Shown here: piece after piece, positions 36,600 to 45,861 of the stretch
Layout of the letters: every line of letters starts with the position of its first letter
Position numbering within the stretch: position 1 is the first letter of the stretch
IMG/VR virus record: IMGVR_UViG_3300028182_000001
Coordinates: 64,001 to 128,000 of that record
DNA: 64,000 nucleotides
Reading direction: 5' to 3' (one strand)
Source of the DNA: a virus
The notes under the pieces: model-generated
Database searches by the model: none
What the model saw: only the letters and a program-made list of their open reading frames with translations
What the model was told of the DNA's origin: nothing
Translations under genes and position numbers: made by a program

Positions 36600-39500
36600 T
36601 TGAAAGCATTATTTCTACAAGAGTTTGTAAGAGAAAGTCACATGCAACGACAGAATGATGGATCGTTTAAAAACATATTCCTCCAAACTAACGGAGGAAA
36701 GCTGCTAAAGAAACTAATCCATGAAGGGTTAGAGCTAACGAAGAATGACTACTACATCGACTATGCGTTCTTCAAAGTACCTGAGGTTATTACTCGGGAT
36801 AATCGAGATAGAGCCATTAAGTACAAACCACCAACTGCAAAAGAATCGAAACCTGAATACGAGAACTTATACAAACGTATCGTACAGGACAAGCCTGACA
36901 TTATCATTCCTTCAGGTAAACTTGGGTGTAAAGCTCTACTGAATGTAGCAGAGATTTCTAAGCTACGAGGAGTACCACAACAAGTTACAATCACTGCAAA
37001 TATTGAAATGTTTGATGAGAGCGCAGTTGTTGAAGGTGTAGATAACTCAGGTTGGATTACAGAAACGTATACACATACATGTTGGGTTATGCCTATATAC
37101 AGTATGGAATACATGCTTGTTAATCCGAAGATTCAGAACTTAGTAGAAGCAGACTTCGGTACATTGAAGAAGTACGTAGAGCAAGGTGACAACGCATTTA
37201 TTGCGAAGGATGTAAAGTACGAAGATGTTACAACTATTGAACGTGTACGAGAAATCTTCACCAAGATAGTAAAAGAAGCTCCTATCGTAGCGTGGGATTT
37301 AGAGACCAATACGTTAGAAGCCGATAAAGCAGGTTCTAAACCACTAGTAATCTCTCTTTGTTGGAAAGAGGGTACAGGTGTAACCATTCCGTTAGAACAT
37401 AAGGACTGGACATGGCTTCCTGGTCACTTAGCTGAGATTTACAACTACATAAAAGAATTTGTTGCCGATCCGAAGATTGTTAAAGTCGGACACAACATCA
37501 AGTTCGATATCAGGTTCCTACGCTTATCTAGAGGGTTTACAGAGTTCAATAACCATCGTGATACAAAAACAATGTACTACCTACTTGTAAACCAGGATGT
37601 AAAAGGTTCATTACGTCTATCCGACTTAACATTCGAATTTACAGATATGGGTGGATATGATAGAGCGCTAGAGGACTTTAAAAAGGATTACAAAGAGAAC
37701 TACAAGAAGAACGAGAAAGAACGTATTGCAAAACTAAAAGAAGAATTTAAAGCGCAATGTGCAAAAGAAAGAGCAGAAGTACAACAGCAAGTGAAGGACG
37801 CAAAAGCAGAATTACGTTTACTCAAGAAGGAATCTCCAACGACTGAAATTCTTAATAGAATAACAGAGTTACAGGAGATTGCACAACGTAAGTATGTGAA
37901 ACCTTCGATGCCTGACTTTGGGACCGCAGGTTCACCAGTCAATCCTGTAGACGGATCGGACTTCTGTTATGAGTGGATTCCACTATTCGAAATGCTTTCT
38001 CCGTACGCTAGTGGTGACGTAGACGTGTGTTTACGTATCTATAACCAACTAGACCAAAGATGTCAGCAAAAAGGCTTAGAGCACATTAGAGAGCTTTATA
38101 CGAATCATTATCCACAACTATCTGCAACACTTGCTAAAATCGAAGCAACGGGAATCAAGTTAAACATCCCGTACGTACAAGCACTAGCAGATGCGTACCA
38201 AAAGGAAGAGGATCGTTTAACGGCAATCATCCGTAAGTTCCCTGAAGTAAAGCAAATGGAAGACGAACATCGCCAGCTTTACCAAATGGGATTAAACGAA
38301 CTTGCAAAGCCTGTAGCTGAGAGAGACAAGAAGATAGCGGCCTTACGTGATAAGTACAAGGACAAGCTAGAGTTTAACGCAAACTCTCCTGACGACAAGA
38401 AAGAGGTACTGTACAAGATTACAGGCATTCGACTACCGTTCGATAAAGAGCGTCTAGTAGACTCTGTATTCGAGAAGGGACTAAAAGAGGAAGAGATTGA
38501 ATGGTGCCATTACAAAACGAATACTGCGAACTTGGAGTACATCGCCAAGGAGTATCCTGAGTACAAGGAACTAGCAGAAGTTATGATCCATCACTCACTC
38601 GTTAAAACACGTAAGCAAAGTTTCACGTACAAGTTCCTTAGTATGGTAGATATGAACGATATCTTGCACGGTACGTTCAACCCTGAAGGTACAGAAACAT
38701 CTCGTCTATCGTCAAAAGACCCGAACTGTCAGAACTTCCCTCGTAAGACGGAAGATGTAACACGGTTCGACTATCAGCACCCTATTAAACGAATGTTCGT
38801 AAGTAGATTCACAAACGGAGCACTACTACAACTCGATTACTCTTCACTTGAATCTCGTATCATGGCTTTAATTGCATACGATGAGGAAATGATTGAAGCG
38901 TTCTTAACGAAGAAGGATGTACATACGCACACTGCTTCACTGGTATTCAAAAAGGCAGAAGAAGATGTAACAGGTGATGAACGTACGGCCGCTAAACGGG
39001 TAACATTCGGACTAGCGTACGGAGAAGCACCATTCTCGTTCGCACCTAAATACAACATGACAATCCAAGAAGCAGAGAAACTATTTGATGACTACTTCAA
39101 GAACAAACCGAAGATTAAAACGTACATTGATGAAACGAAAGAGAAAGCTAGACAGACGGGTTATATCTCTTGTATGCAAGGTTTCACTCGTAACTTACGA
39201 GATGTGTATTCGCAAGATAAACAGAAACGTAATGGTGCGTTACGTCAGTCTGTAAATACACAGGTACAGGGATCGGGTGCATTCTTAACGAATAACTCAT
39301 TAATCTACATCAACAACATTATTGAGAAGCAGGGACTACGTTCTCGTATCGTTCTAACTGTACACGATAGTATTGTTATAGATTGTCCACCCGAAGAAAT
39401 TCACATCATGGCTCACATCGGTAAAACAGTAATGGAGAACTTACCGATCCCTTGGTTACACATCGAGTGGAAAGGTGAAACAATTCGATTCCCTATTACG

Positions 39501-39716
39501 GCAGATGTGGAGATTGGTACAACATACAACGATATGGTTAACTACGATAAGGACGAACTAAACACGTTCCAAAAAGTAGAGAACTACTGTAAGTATCATA
39601 TGGACTTAAAGAGCGTGAAGCATTACAAAGAGTCAGGTATCATCACAGAAGAGAAAGCAAAAGAGCTAAAGGCTACGATTGAATCCAAAAAACAAGCGTA
39701 CCAAACGGCTGTATAA
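36600..39716 (+). CDS. polA: Family A DNA polymerase with N-terminal uracil-DNA-glycosylase-like domain and 3'-5' exonuclease
   Basis: WDLET, GHNIKFD, YASGDV exonuclease motifs; TSRLSS.DPN.QN, DYSSLESR (A), RTAAKRVTFGLAYG (B), VHDS (C); uninterrupted ORF. Confidence 0.95.
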   Translation: MKALFLQEFVRESHMQRQNDGSFKNIFLQTNGGKLLKKLIHEGLELTKNDYYIDYAFFKVPEVITRDNRDRAIKYKPPTAKESKPEYENLYKRIVQDKPDIIIPSGKLGCKALLNVAEISKLRGVPQQVTITANIEMFDESAVVEGVDNSGWITETYTHTCWVMPIYSMEYMLVNPKIQNLVEADFGTLKKYVEQGDNAFIAKDVKYEDVTTIERVREIFTKIVKEAPIVAWDLETNTLEADKAGSKPLVISLCWKEGTGVTIPLEHKDWTWLPGHLAEIYNYIKEFVADPKIVKVGHNIKFDIRFLRLSRGFTEFNNHRDTKTMYYLLVNQDVKGSLRLSDLTFEFTDMGGYDRALEDFKKDYKENYKKNEKERIAKLKEEFKAQCAKERAEVQQQVKDAKAELRLLKKESPTTEILNRITELQEIAQRKYVKPSMPDFGTAGSPVNPVDGSDFCYEWIPLFEMLSPYASGDVDVCLRIYNQLDQRCQQKGLEHIRELYTNHYPQLSATLAKIEATGIKLNIPYVQALADAYQKEEDRLTAIIRKFPEVKQMEDEHRQLYQMGLNELAKPVAERDKKIAALRDKYKDKLEFNANSPDDKKEVLYKITGIRLPFDKERLVDSVFEKGLKEEEIEWCHYKTNTANLEYIAKEYPEYKELAEVMIHHSLVKTRKQSFTYKFLSMVDMNDILHGTFNPEGTETSRLSSKDPNCQNFPRKTEDVTRFDYQHPIKRMFVSRFTNGALLQLDYSSLESRIMALIAYDEEMIEAFLTKKDVHTHTASLVFKKAEEDVTGDERTAAKRVTFGLAYGEAPFSFAPKYNMTIQEAEKLFDDYFKNKPKIKTYIDETKEKARQTGYISCMQGFTRNLRDVYSQDKQKRNGALRQSVNTQVQGSGAFLTNNSLIYINNIIEKQGLRSRIVLTVHDSIVIDCPPEEIHIMAHIGKTVMENLPIPWLHIEWKGETIRFPITADVEIGTTYNDMVNYDKDELNTFQKVENYCKYHMDLKSVKHYKESGIITEEKAKELKATIESKKQAYQTAV

Positions 39717-39732
39717 TTTCTGTAACTTTTTG

Positions 39733-39761
39733 TTGACACACAGAATAGGATAGTGTAATAT
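39733..39761 (+). promoter_or_regulatory. sigmaA-type promoter followed by a 5' hairpin
   Basis: TTGACA-17-TAATAT; AAGAGAAGAGAC-aagca-GTTTCTTCTCTT immediately downstream. Confidence 0.7.
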
Positions 39762-39820
39762 ACTAAGAGAAGAGACAAGCAGTTTCTTCTCTTTAGTTTA
39801 AAGGATAGAGGTGAGAGTAT

Positions 39821-40360
39821 GTGCTAGATGTTAAAGTTGACAGCATAGATTTTCAGGAGCTTAGAATCATTGATGAAAACGGAGAGTATATCATGTTCGA
39901 CATGCGAGAAGAGTTAAAGGTGAATGAAGCCAACCTTCTCCAAGAAATGTTACATCAACCTTCGAAGTACATCTATTGGTCTTCTATTCTTGAAAAAATC
40001 AAATTCTTCCAAGAGAAGACAGAAATGCAGTTAGAGCTTGTTGTTGCAAAGTTTGATTCCGAAGCACGAGAGGAAATCAAGAAGAACGGGGACAAGCCTA
40101 CAAAGGATAGCGTAGATGCTTACATAAAACAAAAGCAAGAATACGTAACTGCAAGAGAGCAATGTCACTATTACGAGTACATTGCAGGAAGACTTGCACG
40201 GATCGTAAAAGCATTTGAACAACGTAAAGATATGTTACAGTCTTATGGTAAGCAAATTGCCGAGGATAAAACATATGGAGCAGGTGCAGGTTCTCGTATT
40301 GAGCAGACACAGTTTCCTGTACCAACACAACAAACGCAGTATTGGGGAGGTCATCAATAA
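39821..40360 (+). CDS. UvsY-like recombination mediator (helical)
   Basis: QPSKYIYW...KPTKDSVDAYI...AFEQRKDMLQS pattern; upstream of SSB and RecA. Confidence 0.55.
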   Translation: MLDVKVDSIDFQELRIIDENGEYIMFDMREELKVNEANLLQEMLHQPSKYIYWSSILEKIKFFQEKTEMQLELVVAKFDSEAREEIKKNGDKPTKDSVDAYIKQKQEYVTAREQCHYYEYIAGRLARIVKAFEQRKDMLQSYGKQIAEDKTYGAGAGSRIEQTQFPVPTQQTQYWGGHQ

Positions 40361-40695
40361 TGTTAGAAGGAATTAAAAAAGCGTTCACGGCTACTTCATA
40401 TGAATCTGAGCAAGCACCTGTAGAAGTTAACCCAATTGACGATGCAGTAGCTGCTAAACTAGGTTATAAAGTAGCAGAAGGGCAATACAAAGAGTTACAG
40501 ATTGATTTAGAGACTGGTGACGTATTCGTACTTGACGAATTACTTGTCGCTACACCACCTGAGTTCTCAAAGGATATTTTCCTAGTAAACTTAATGGCAG
40601 ACTATGCGAACGCTAACGGAATACAACTTCCGAAGTGGACGAATGAACCATTAAAGATTGCAAAAGCCGTAGCAGATTGGGAACCACAAAATTAA
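40360..40695 (+). CDS. Hypothetical protein
   Basis: ATG at 40360 overlaps the upstream TAA and follows GGAGG. Confidence 0.7.
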   Translation: MLEGIKKAFTATSYESEQAPVEVNPIDDAVAAKLGYKVAEGQYKELQIDLETGDVFVLDELLVATPPEFSKDIFLVNLMADYANANGIQLPKWTNEPLKIAKAVADWEPQN

Positions 40696-40801
40696 AAAAA
40701 AATAGTCTCTAACTCATAAAAAATGATAGACATATGATATAATATATGTTAGACTGTTTATAGAGTTAAAAATTAAGAGATAACTAGGAGGAATTAATAG
40801 T

Positions 40802-42100
40802 ATGTCATTTGCTGATATCATTAACCAAGAACACAAGAACTTAGAACAAAATAGCGGTAACGACAAAGTTGAGTACCCGAAAACGAAACAGAAGCGTTTA
40901 TTCTTTGAACAGAACCAACGTGAGGTAATTATCCAAGTGTTACCTGATGCTGCTATGGTAGGTCACTTCTTCGTTCCGATCCGTAAAGTATACTTAACTG
41001 CTAAAAGCTCTAGTGGTAAAGATGTTAACTCTAACTTCGTGTTAGACGCTGATCCTAACCCAGGTTCATTGTTAGAGCAAAAGATTACTGAGTGGGCAGG
41101 ATTGGGTATTATCCCTAACGGTTACGGTGGACAAGCATCACCAAGACGTACATACCTAGTAAACGCAGTACGCATCATTCAAGACCCTGTATCACAACAA
41201 TGGGTACAAGAACGAGATGCAAATGGTCAGTTAGCAACACGAGTATTCGAAATGACACAATCTGCTTTCGCTAACTATGCAGAGAAGTTAAAAAATCCGT
41301 TATTAAACACGACAGGTTCAGGAATGTCATTCATGGACATTAACCGTCCAAACCCAATCCAAATTACTAAGCCTGAGAGAAACAGTAACTCTAAGGAGTA
41401 CAAGGTAGATGTGTACAGTAGCATCGTCTTACCTCCATTAGGTGCAGGTTGGGAAAATACATTAGAGGACTTACAAGCACAAGCAGTTCCTACAGAGCGC
41501 TTAGTTAATGGTGATAAATGGGTACAAGCTTTCATCGACATGAAAGAAGGTCGTAAGCCAAACCAAGGTAATGCAGGAGCACAACCAACTGCACCACAAC
41601 CTACATCTAATCCATTCGGATCGTTCCCTGGTCAAACTGGACAACCAGTAGCGCCACAACAACCAATGGGACAACCTGTAGGGCAACCGATGGGACAACC
41701 TGCTCCAATGCCAGGGTATCCTGCACAACCAACGGCTCCAATGCCTACATACCAACCACAGGGACAACCAGCGCCAATGCCTAGTTACACGGCACCTGCA
41801 CCCCAACCTGTAGCACCTGTACAACCAGTGATTACAATGCCTACGGGAATGGATGCAGGAGCAGGAGAACCTGACCCATTCAATATCGGTGTAGAAACTG
41901 ACTTATCTCAGAATAACGGACTTGGAGCACAGCCTACTCAACCAGTAGCGCCAACGGCACCAACGACACCTGCACCTACATATACGGCACCTGCAACACC
42001 TGCACCAACTGGTGAGCCAACGATTCCTGCACCATCACACGCAACTGGTGGAATGCCTAACATCGAAGACTTGTTAAAGACTGAGTTAGGTGCTCAGTAA
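40802..42100 (+). CDS. ssb: Single-stranded DNA-binding protein (gp32-like) with long Pro/Gln/Thr-rich tail
   Basis: Position before recA; folded N-terminal ~255 aa, disordered tail, short acidic/hydrophobic end (IEDLLKTEL). Confidence 0.65.
   Translation: MSFADIINQEHKNLEQNSGNDKVEYPKTKQKRLFFEQNQREVIIQVLPDAAMVGHFFVPIRKVYLTAKSSSGKDVNSNFVLDADPNPGSLLEQKITEWAGLGIIPNGYGGQASPRRTYLVNAVRIIQDPVSQQWVQERDANGQLATRVFEMTQSAFANYAEKLKNPLLNTTGSGMSFMDINRPNPIQITKPERNSNSKEYKVDVYSSIVLPPLGAGWENTLEDLQAQAVPTERLVNGDKWVQAFIDMKEGRKPNQGNAGAQPTAPQPTSNPFGSFPGQTGQPVAPQQPMGQPVGQPMGQPAPMPGYPAQPTAPMPTYQPQGQPAPMPSYTAPAPQPVAPVQPVITMPTGMDAGAGEPDPFNIGVETDLSQNNGLGAQPTQPVAPTAPTTPAPTYTAPATPAPTGEPTIPAPSHATGGMPNIEDLLKTELGAQ
41640..41830 (+). 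repeat. Degenerate in-frame repeats (QPMG/QPVG, QPAPMP)
   Basis: caaccaatggga caacctgtaggg caaccgatggga caacctgct and related units. Confidence 0.7.
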
Positions 42101-42129
42101 TACAGTAAAAGAATAGTAGATTCCAAGTT

Positions 42130-42152
42130 ACCTAGCCATCCTGTGGCTAGGT
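42130..42152 (+). terminator. Hairpin between ssb and the Tad1-like gene
   Basis: ACCTAGCCA-tcctg-TGGCTAGGT; weak U-tract. Confidence 0.45.
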
Positions 42153-42196
42153 TGACTTAGGTTATATAATCATTATTGACTAGGGGGCAACAACAA

Positions 42197-42577
42197 ATGG
42201 AAGAAGTTAAAATGACAAAAGAAATGGTAAAGGTAGAACACGATTTATTAACAGAACGAGTTACAAAGGTATATCGTGAAAAGGAATCAAGTTTCCACGC
42301 ACCACACTTATTCACTGTAACATCTGCTGAGGACGACAAAACATTAGCAGTTATCCACTTCCAAGAGGGCGCATTAAACGTTGCAGGAGTTAACGGAGTA
42401 ATGAATGAAGACTTACTAGTTATGATCCTAACTCGATTACAAGGCTTCCAAAATAGTGAGTTTGCTTGTAAAGAGAATGCAATGGCAATTACGAAGATTG
42501 AAGAAGCGTTACTATGGTTACGTAAACGTACAATGGGACGAGAGAAACGTGGCGTACTAGGAACACACACGAAGTAG
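42197..42577 (+). CDS. tad1: Tad1-family anti-defence sponge for cyclic nucleotide signals (Thoeris gcADPR; CBASS signals in homologues)
   Basis: IHFQEG...NGV.NEDLL...RLQGFQ...FACKENA.AITKIEEALLWL..RT..RE.RGVLGT matches the Tad1 consensus as recalled; AGGGGG RBS before ATG 42197. Confidence 0.8.
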   Translation: MEEVKMTKEMVKVEHDLLTERVTKVYREKESSFHAPHLFTVTSAEDDKTLAVIHFQEGALNVAGVNGVMNEDLLVMILTRLQGFQNSEFACKENAMAITKIEEALLWLRKRTMGREKRGVLGTHTK

Positions 42578-42639
42578 TTACAGCCTTCAATACATAACGG
42601 TTAAAGAATTACATATACATATTAGGAGGAAATATACAT

Positions 42640-43851
42640 ATGGCAAAAGCAAAAACAAAGAAAGCACCTGCAAGCGTGGATTTAGACTTATCGGCTTTAA
42701 ATTTAAGTGGCGGCCTAGTCTTACTGAGAGATTCAGATTATGCGAAGGTATTTGACAGACTTCCTCTATTCTTACCGAAGATTGATAAAATCCTAGGTGG
42801 CGGCCTACCGTTCGGACGAATGATTGAGGTTGCAGGAGTACCATCGGGTGGTAAATCAACTTTCACTCACCACGTAATGCGTGTAGCGACTGCTCTAGGT
42901 TGCATTTGCGTATTGATTGACGTAGAGGGTACGTCAGATAATGAACGTTTATCTTCGCTAGGTATTGACACAAGTAAAGTATTAGTGAAGCAACCTGATC
43001 CTGATAAAGGTACTGCACTAACGGTTGAAGAGGTTGGACAGACAGTAGAAGAAACGTTAAAACTATTCGGAGAGAAATATCCTCACGTACCTGTAGTGTA
43101 CGTATGGGACTCTGTAGGTTCTACACCTTCTATGGTAGAGTTAGAGAAAGACTTTGGTGAACAGAACGTTGGGGCTAGAGCTAAGGCTATCACACAGTTC
43201 GTAACAAAGGTTACACCAATGGTATCTCAATCTAAATCACTGTTTATCGGTATCAACCAAGTACGTGACGATATCGGTGGAAATCCAATGTTCAAAACAT
43301 ACAAGGTTCCAGGTGGTAAAGCATGGGAGCACGCTGCTACACTTCGATTAGAGATTAAAAAGAAATCTTCTATCTTCAAAGGATCAGGAGCTAACAAGGA
43401 ACGTCTAGGACATATCATGGGTGTTAAAACTCAGAAGTCTAAAGTATCTCGACCATTCCAAGAAGCAGACGGGACGTTACTAGCAGATACAGGTATCGAC
43501 TACGAGTACAACCTAGCTAAAATGGCAGAGGATGTGAAAGTCCTAGGTACAACTGGTCAAAGCTATGAGTACATTGATGCTTTAGGAGTTAACTACAAAC
43601 AGAAGAAAGAGAACTTCATCGAGTGGTTACGTGACGAAGGTAGTCATGTCCGCCAAGAACTACTAAACAAGTTGATTCAAGTAGAGTTCCCTGAAGGGTA
43701 CACTGCATTGAAGAATGAAACATTAGATATCTCAGGTTGGATTGACCAAGTAGTTCCAGTGGTATCTCCTGAATTTTCGCAATCTTCCGATAATTCAGAC
43801 AATATCGAGGACTTACTAGCAAAAGAAGCAGAAGACATTTTAAAAGGTTAG
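42640..43851 (+). CDS. recA: RecA/UvsX recombinase
   Basis: GGGLPFGR.IE.AG..SGGKST, IDVEG, WDSVG, INQVR, PGGKA motifs. Confidence 0.95.
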   Translation: MAKAKTKKAPASVDLDLSALNLSGGLVLLRDSDYAKVFDRLPLFLPKIDKILGGGLPFGRMIEVAGVPSGGKSTFTHHVMRVATALGCICVLIDVEGTSDNERLSSLGIDTSKVLVKQPDPDKGTALTVEEVGQTVEETLKLFGEKYPHVPVVYVWDSVGSTPSMVELEKDFGEQNVGARAKAITQFVTKVTPMVSQSKSLFIGINQVRDDIGGNPMFKTYKVPGGKAWEHAATLRLEIKKKSSIFKGSGANKERLGHIMGVKTQKSKVSRPFQEADGTLLADTGIDYEYNLAKMAEDVKVLGTTGQSYEYIDALGVNYKQKKENFIEWLRDEGSHVRQELLNKLIQVEFPEGYTALKNETLDISGWIDQVVPVVSPEFSQSSDNSDNIEDLLAKEAEDILKG

Positions 43852-43894
43852 GGGGGATTTCCCTCTAACCGTATTATTATAAGGAGGGTTTAGC

Positions 43895-44245
43895 TTGTAT
43901 AAGGACACATATGGAGACGTAGTAGCGAACACATTGCAACACTATAGAGAGAGAACACAAAGTAACGATACTGTATCACCGACACCGTACAAAGATATTA
44001 AAGGTATGTTACAGAAGACGATGGAAGAAGGAAAACGTGTATTACTGGATATCAAAGATTCCTACAATACACAAACTGTAGTTGTCCGTTTTGAGAAGGT
44101 CTACGATAGATGGGCAATGGGGACTGCGACTTGTTATTTTGAAGGTGAAGAAGTGAAAGTCCCATACACGATCCACTATTCCGACATCCTATGCAAGCAT
44201 ATAAACATCAAGGTGATTATAGAGGGGGCTAATCCTTTTGCCTAG
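43895..44245 (+). CDS. Conserved hypothetical protein
   Basis: AAGGAGG RBS, TTG start; between recA and the sigma factor. Confidence 0.7.
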   Translation: MYKDTYGDVVANTLQHYRERTQSNDTVSPTPYKDIKGMLQKTMEEGKRVLLDIKDSYNTQTVVVRFEKVYDRWAMGTATCYFEGEEVKVPYTIHYSDILCKHINIKVIIEGANPFA

Positions 44246-44876
44246 AAATGTCGAGAAAGAGCAAGAACAAATTTGGAACGGTAATCGGTTTATGGTAAGT
44301 ACAGAAGAGACAACAGGAGTATTTATACGAGACGTAGATAAATTGTTCCATCAATACAGAAACTTACGAATGAGTGTCTATAACACGTACAAGGGTTATC
44401 TATCTGCCGACCCTGTAACACAAGACGAACTTCGTAGCTACATTGATGAACAATTTATACGTCTTGTCAAGGAGTATGACATTGGTTCGGATGTGGATTT
44501 TCCTGGATACATCAAGATTAAGTTACACTCTAGAGTAAAGAACTCATTCATCAAATCAGTATTCCGAGATAAACAACGAGTATTTGTAACAAAGAACTCG
44601 TTTGACGTGTCTAACCTCATCGAGCAGAACCCTTGTAACGATGAGGAGCTAGACTACTATGTTGTACTTGAATACGCTATTGGAGGGTTTAACCTCACTC
44701 ATATCGAAAAGGAAGTGTTATACTACTTACTACAAGAACTAACAGACCCTCAGATTGAAAGAGAGATTCGAGAACTACATCCAAGAGAGCGTTTAAGCTC
44801 TGCTACGATCCGTGAAATCATCAAGGATATGCAAGATATCCTAAAAACAAAGTTGCAAGAATCGTTAAAAAACTAA
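44238..44876 (+). CDS. Phage-encoded RNA polymerase sigma factor
   Basis: Region-2-like DEL.SYI...F..LVKEYD....VDFPGYIK..L and C-terminal HTH; position typical of Herelleviridae. Confidence 0.75.
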   Translation: MPRNVEKEQEQIWNGNRFMVSTEETTGVFIRDVDKLFHQYRNLRMSVYNTYKGYLSADPVTQDELRSYIDEQFIRLVKEYDIGSDVDFPGYIKIKLHSRVKNSFIKSVFRDKQRVFVTKNSFDVSNLIEQNPCNDEELDYYVVLEYAIGGFNLTHIEKEVLYYLLQELTDPQIEREIRELHPRERLSSATIREIIKDMQDILKTKLQESLKN

Positions 44877-44884
44877 GTAGTTAC

Positions 44885-44894
44885 TGTTATATTA
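44885..44894 (+). promoter_or_regulatory. Candidate late promoter (TGTTATATTA) upstream of the holin
   Basis: No sigmaA -35; related TATATTA cores precede other genes (4697, 59572, 62000). Confidence 0.5.
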
Positions 44895-44927
44895 ATAGGA
44901 GAACTATTAAGTGAAAGGATGATAATA

Positions 44928-45227
44928 ATGGAAGACAATAAACAACAAGTATTTGTGCCTGTAGAGGTGCCAAAGGTTGAGCCAATGATGATTGTGCGTT
45001 TACTTGTGTTCGTACTTGCATTAGTGAATGCAGTTGGAGCTATGTTCGGTTACGACTTGAACCTGTCAGTGGACCAGCAAAACGTGTATGATATCGTATC
45101 TGCATTGTTCTTACTGGGATCAGGATTCCACGTAGCATGGAAGAACAACAACATCTCGAAGACCTCTCGTGTGAAAGCACATGTCGGAGAGCAAGTAACA
45201 GTTGATACGAAAGGGGAACAGAAATAA
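44928..45227 (+). CDS. Holin (SPP1-family-like)
   Basis: Two TM helices, IVRLLVFVLALVN and AWKNNNIS motif; start could be 44919. Confidence 0.75.
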   Translation: MEDNKQQVFVPVEVPKVEPMMIVRLLVFVLALVNAVGAMFGYDLNLSVDQQNVYDIVSALFLLGSGFHVAWKNNNISKTSRVKAHVGEQVTVDTKGEQK

Positions 45228-45703
45228 TGGCTAAATTAGCAGATGTACTAAAGCAAGCAACAGTAACTTTAAAAGTAGGTGACTACTTAGCAGCGTTCAC
45301 TCGTCCTGAAGGTTACGTTCCTTCTATTAAAGGGACAACTTCACTTCACACTGGAAAATACCTATTCAAAATCGTAGGTGTTGGTACAGCAGAAGGTGAC
45401 GGATCGTACAAGAAAATGAACATCGTACCTGTAGTACATAAAGCAGACCAAAAAGGATACGAAGACAAGTTAAAAAGTCCAATCGTAATCGTGGAACCGT
45501 TAAAAGTGACACACGCAACTGGCCGCAATGACAATGAGTACAAGGACGTTTACCACGGTAACTCGTTCCACACTCACACAGTGAAAGCAGGAGAAGAAGG
45601 ACGTTCAGCGTTACTTGCATTCCTTGAGTTCACGAAAACTGAATATTCATTAACTGTGAATGACTTCATGGTTGGTGGAGAAGAACTTATCGCAGGTGCG
45701 TAA
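45227..45703 (+). CDS. Hypothetical protein, possibly virion-associated
   Basis: Coupled to the holin; codon usage typical of highly expressed genes. Confidence 0.6.
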   Translation: MAKLADVLKQATVTLKVGDYLAAFTRPEGYVPSIKGTTSLHTGKYLFKIVGVGTAEGDGSYKKMNIVPVVHKADQKGYEDKLKSPIVIVEPLKVTHATGRNDNEYKDVYHGNSFHTHTVKAGEEGRSALLAFLEFTKTEYSLTVNDFMVGGEELIAGA

Positions 45704-45716
45704 GGTGGAATACAAG

Positions 45717-45744
45717 AGGGAGCAGAGATGCTTCCTTTTTTTTT
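45717..45744 (+). terminator. Intrinsic terminator
   Basis: AGGGAGCA-gaga-TGCTTCCT followed by T-run. Confidence 0.8.
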
Positions 45745-45775
45745 ATGCAAAAAACTACTAAATTATGCTAGTTTT

Positions 45776-45807
45776 TTGTTGACTGTTACGAAACATGATG
45801 ATAGAAT
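45776..45807 (+). promoter_or_regulatory. Early-type promoter
   Basis: TTGTTGACT-17-TAGAAT with TG. Confidence 0.75.
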
Positions 45808-45861
45808 GATAGTACAGTTGTTATACACTGTACATTTTTATAGGATACAAGGAGGGATTGA

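Noticed and set aside
26765-39716. Group I introns or inteins in RNR or DNA polymerase, common in this phage family
   Set aside because: nrdA, nrdB and the polymerase are each continuous ORFs with all motifs in frame
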